A stretch of 64,000 bases of DNA, taken from Vitrella brassicaformis CCMP3155 (taxonomy: Eukaryota > Protista > Chromerida). The translations under genes were made by a program, and so were the position numbers. This document shows, piece by piece, positions 60,972 to 64,000 of this stretch (its first letter is position 1; each line of letters starts with the position of its first letter). The DNA is taken from the NCBI GenBank assembly GCA_001179505.1, contig CDMY01000185.1, positions 112,044 to 176,043 on the forward strand, read 5' to 3'. The notes beneath the pieces were generated by a model that was not told where the DNA came from, ran no database searches, and saw only the letters and a program-made list of their open reading frames with translations.

Positions 60972-62836
60972 TCACCTCTCCCTACTGGCCCTTGCCTTTG
61001 TCCTGGCCATCCGGTACACGTTCCTCAAAATCACATTGAACGCATCCTCTTCAGCAATCCGAATGTCCTCCTCCCTCCACAGCGGTGGATAGGGCGGCAC
61101 ACTCGTCACATCAGCCGCACCCCCCTCAACGACCGGCTGCTTTCGTTGTGTCTGCTTGCCATAAAACACCGACGGCGTGAGAGCGGCGCTCGTGTCGCCG
61201 ATTCGGGTGTACTGGAGGCGCTGGGCGTTGTCGGCGATGAACCGTTGTTTGGCGGCGACTTCGCTCTTCGGGATGGCCTTGAGGCGGTCGATGACATCAA
61301 AGGCGGGCTCTGCAGCAGAGAGACAGCAGCAGCGACGAGAGAGGCAGTTGTATGTGTCTCTCTTGTCCGTTGATCTCACCAGGTTTGTTGCTGCGGACAT
61401 AGGTCCAGACATCGCTGTCTGTGGGGCTCTCGAGCAGCATGGACGACCCCGGCCACAGCTCCTCATGGTCGACATAGACAGCCGTCTGTGACATGTTGCT
61501 GATGTGCCACGGCCAAAGCTGCAGCTGGTCAGGGTGGAACAGGACCGGAATACAGCCGAGAAGGATCGAATCAGCTGAGAGGGAAGGACAACGAATCCGC
61601 ACTCAGAGGGACGGTGTCTCGCCTGATGGACCATGTGTGTGTGCTGTTCTCACCGATGGCTTTGCGAGATGGGCTATCGCCTGGCGGGTTGAGGCAGAAG
61701 ACTGAGCTCCGGTATGCCTCGATGACTCGATGGGCGTCGAAGGGTCTCTTGACCTCGCCGCCCTCAGAGCCATCAGCTTCGCGGTCGTAGGCCTCCATCA
61801 CACAGTCGCCCGACGCAGCCTGAAGGGAATTGAGAAGGGAGGGAAGGAAAAGATGGATCATGTCTCGCGCAGAGGAAGCAAGACCTGCCTCTTCGCACTG
61901 GTCTCTGAGCATCCGTCTCAGCCGCACAGCCACGCCCCTCCACGGCTGCTTGCTGTCCTTGTGCAGCCCGCTCGCAAAGGCCACCCACCGCGACCTGTTC
62001 GAATGGTCCTGCCAGGGGAGAGGCAGCTCGCGGCCGTCAACGCCTCGCCGGGCGCTCGGCTCAAAATGGACGAATGAGGGGTAAGGAACCGATACAAATC
62101 GTGAGAAATAAGGGTCGGTGGAATCGGCGCTGCTGTCATGGTCTCCCCCAAAGCCGATGGTCAACCGATAGGTGCATGTCGGGCATGGGGCCTCGTACGC
62201 GAGTTTCAGCACATTCTTCCACACAGACGACTGATTGGGGCTGAACAATTCGGGGCAGAGGCTCCATTTCGTAGCCACACGCGGGCCGATGATGAAGTGG
62301 TCATGTCCCTGTCTCCTCCTGAAGAACGACCGCCCCTTGCCGTCCTTCACCCTGTCCAGCAGCCCAGCCAAGTGCCGCTCCTCCTCCGAGCACTCGCCAT
62401 TCCAGACATGCTGCCGAAAGTAGGGAATGTAGAACACTTGTGCCTTGGTTGGGTCTGTGACCACACAGGGATGGGCCGCCAGCCGCATGATGAAGAGCTT
62501 GGCCAGATAGAACTGGTCGGTGTCATGGAAACCGCCGGCCGCAAAGCCCGACAGCGAAGGGCCAAAGCCGAGCCTCTCATGCTCGATGTAGCTGCCGTTG
62601 CTTCTGAGCATCCCCGACAGCAGCACCTGTGTGGGCAGCCGATACACATAGATGGTGAAGGGGCACCCTGAGCCCCAGAAGCGTCGTCCTGCGACGGTCC
62701 ACCACGGCCACGGGAGTATGAACGGCGGGGCGTGTTGTGGCGGCGTGGGCCAGTAGATGATCCACACGCAGGCCTCGAGGATGACGAAAAGGAGAGCGAG
62801 GGCAGGGAGCGACTTGAGGAGCAGGTGGAAAGGCAT
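60972..62836 (-). CDS. Exostosin-family (GT47) glycosyltransferase, type II membrane, MUR3/KATAMARI-like motifs
   Basis: N-terminal TM LPALALLFVILEACVWIIYW, then [65 protein letters not shown] and AIPKSEVAAKQ. Confidence 0.9.
61820..61888 (-). other. Probable GC-AG intron in GT47 (69 nt, stopless)
   Basis: GAAGAG|gcaggt...polypyrimidine ttcag|GCTGCG gives LRDQCEE|AASGDC. The nearby GT donor leads to a stop. Confidence 0.65.
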
Positions 62837-63169
62837 GAAGCACCGACCTGATACATCAATGGACCTGATACATGAATGGACGTAGGCCGTCAAAAGCAAC
62901 TGGAGGGGAAGGTCCGCTGAGACTGCGGGCGCATTGGGGGCGTAGTCAGAGTGCGCGATTTCATTCATTTACTTCCCCATCGTCCAGTGCCATCAGGTCG
63001 CGGCAAGAGATGTCGGTGCATCTGCCTCTCTTCCTCGCATTCTCGCATTTATCAGAGAAGCCCTCACACACGACAAACACACACATCTTCCTCGCGTTCA
63101 GCAGAAAAGCACAAATATCTAAACACACGACATACACACACACGCACACACCAGGTGGGTATAGATGTC

Positions 63170-63567
63170 TGTCTGTCTGTTGTTGCCAGTGCTGTATCTG
63201 TCGACGGCTGACTTCCTGTTAGGGGAAGACGATTGACAGCTGCAGCAAAGCAAATTACAGCAGCACACAACACACATACATACCAAACGTGGACCACAAC
63301 ACCACACACGCATACAACACAACTGCACAGCACTCGTCTGTGTGCATTTTCACCTGATCTGGCGGCATGTCTGTCTGTTGTTGCCAGTGCTGTATCTGTC
63401 GACGGCTGACTTCCTGTTAGGGGAAGACGATTGACAGCTGCAGCAAAGCAAATTACAGCAGCACACAACACACATACATACCAAACGTGGACCACAACAC
63501 CACACACGCATACAACACAACTGCACAGCACTCGTCTGTGTGCATTTTCACCTGATCTGGCGGCATG
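63170..63567. repeat. Perfect tandem duplication, period 198 bp
   Basis: Identical by eye between 63170-63369 and 63368-63567, with TG microhomology at the junction. Confidence 0.95.
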
Positions 63568-64000
63568 GTGGCCTCCGCCTCGATCACACTCTTGACCATG
63601 TCCAAGAAGTCGCCCAGGATAATGTCCTTGAGCGCTCGTCCTTGCAACGGCTGCTCCAGCGCCGCACTCGCCGTTCTCTCGAACTCATCAAATGCAGCGC
63701 CGCGCGATATCTTGTGTTTCGGGTCGGGATAACCAGCCAGCATCTCGAAATGCTCGCCCATGCGGTTCTGGACTCTGCCTATGTTATGGAGTGACTTCAC
63801 GTCTCTAAGGGGCCTCAGACTTGTGAATATCCCGATGACACCCGATTGCGGATGGATGCACTCATGCATATGCGCACAGTTTGCGTCCCATCCCCAAAAA
63901 CCTCGCCGCCTGACTGACGACCACCAGACACGCAGACCGAGAGGGAAGACGCACAGGCTTTGTTGCTGACGGATGCTCGGCCAGGCCGTGTGGAACTGAC
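63417..64000 (-). CDS. 3' end of a hypothetical protein gene, continues beyond the window
   Basis: Exon DVKSLHNIGRVQNRMGEHFEMLAGYPDPKHK...EAEATMPPDQ|LSIVFP*, with GT-AG sites. Confidence 0.6.

Overview
This is intron-rich eukaryotic genomic DNA with about 24 spliced protein genes, one probable pseudogene and two 300-N assembly gaps. There are no rRNA, tRNA, CRISPR or recognisable transposon features. An apicomplexan-type QCR7, IFT81, GC-rich codons and short introns packed with (CA)n/(TG)n/(GA)n/(GGAT)n point to a free-living myzozoan alveolate, most likely the chromerid Vitrella brassicaformis (inference, no search run). Recognisable genes are BRR2/SNRNP200 (5' part), an LRRC40-like protein, a 2OG-Fe(II) oxygenase, a Kelch-EGF-TM surface protein, a TPR protein, DDX41, a bicupin, RBMX2/Snu17, a NEK kinase, a class I SAM methyltransferase, QCR7, a SPRY protein, IFT81, a chromodomain protein and a GT47 exostosin. 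Four window-wide patterns stand out. (1) Ten GC-AG introns were inferred from conserved protein alignments, about 5-6% of the introns I traced, and all have G at +5. (2) The 8-mer AGCTCGCA/TGCGAGCT is concentrated in 5' flanks of genes. (3) Fourteen consecutive genes alternate strictly as head-to-head pairs with 40-500 bp spacers. (4) Introns are polarised, CA/GA-rich at the 5' end and TG/TC-rich at the 3' end. Notable single loci are a tandemly duplicated unknown small-protein gene, a DeSI/PPPDE-fold protein lacking both catalytic residues, a secreted FSTL4/5-like beta-propeller, a MUR3-like GT47 and local exon-intron tandem duplications. Gene models were spliced by hand, so boundaries of unknown genes are approximate.
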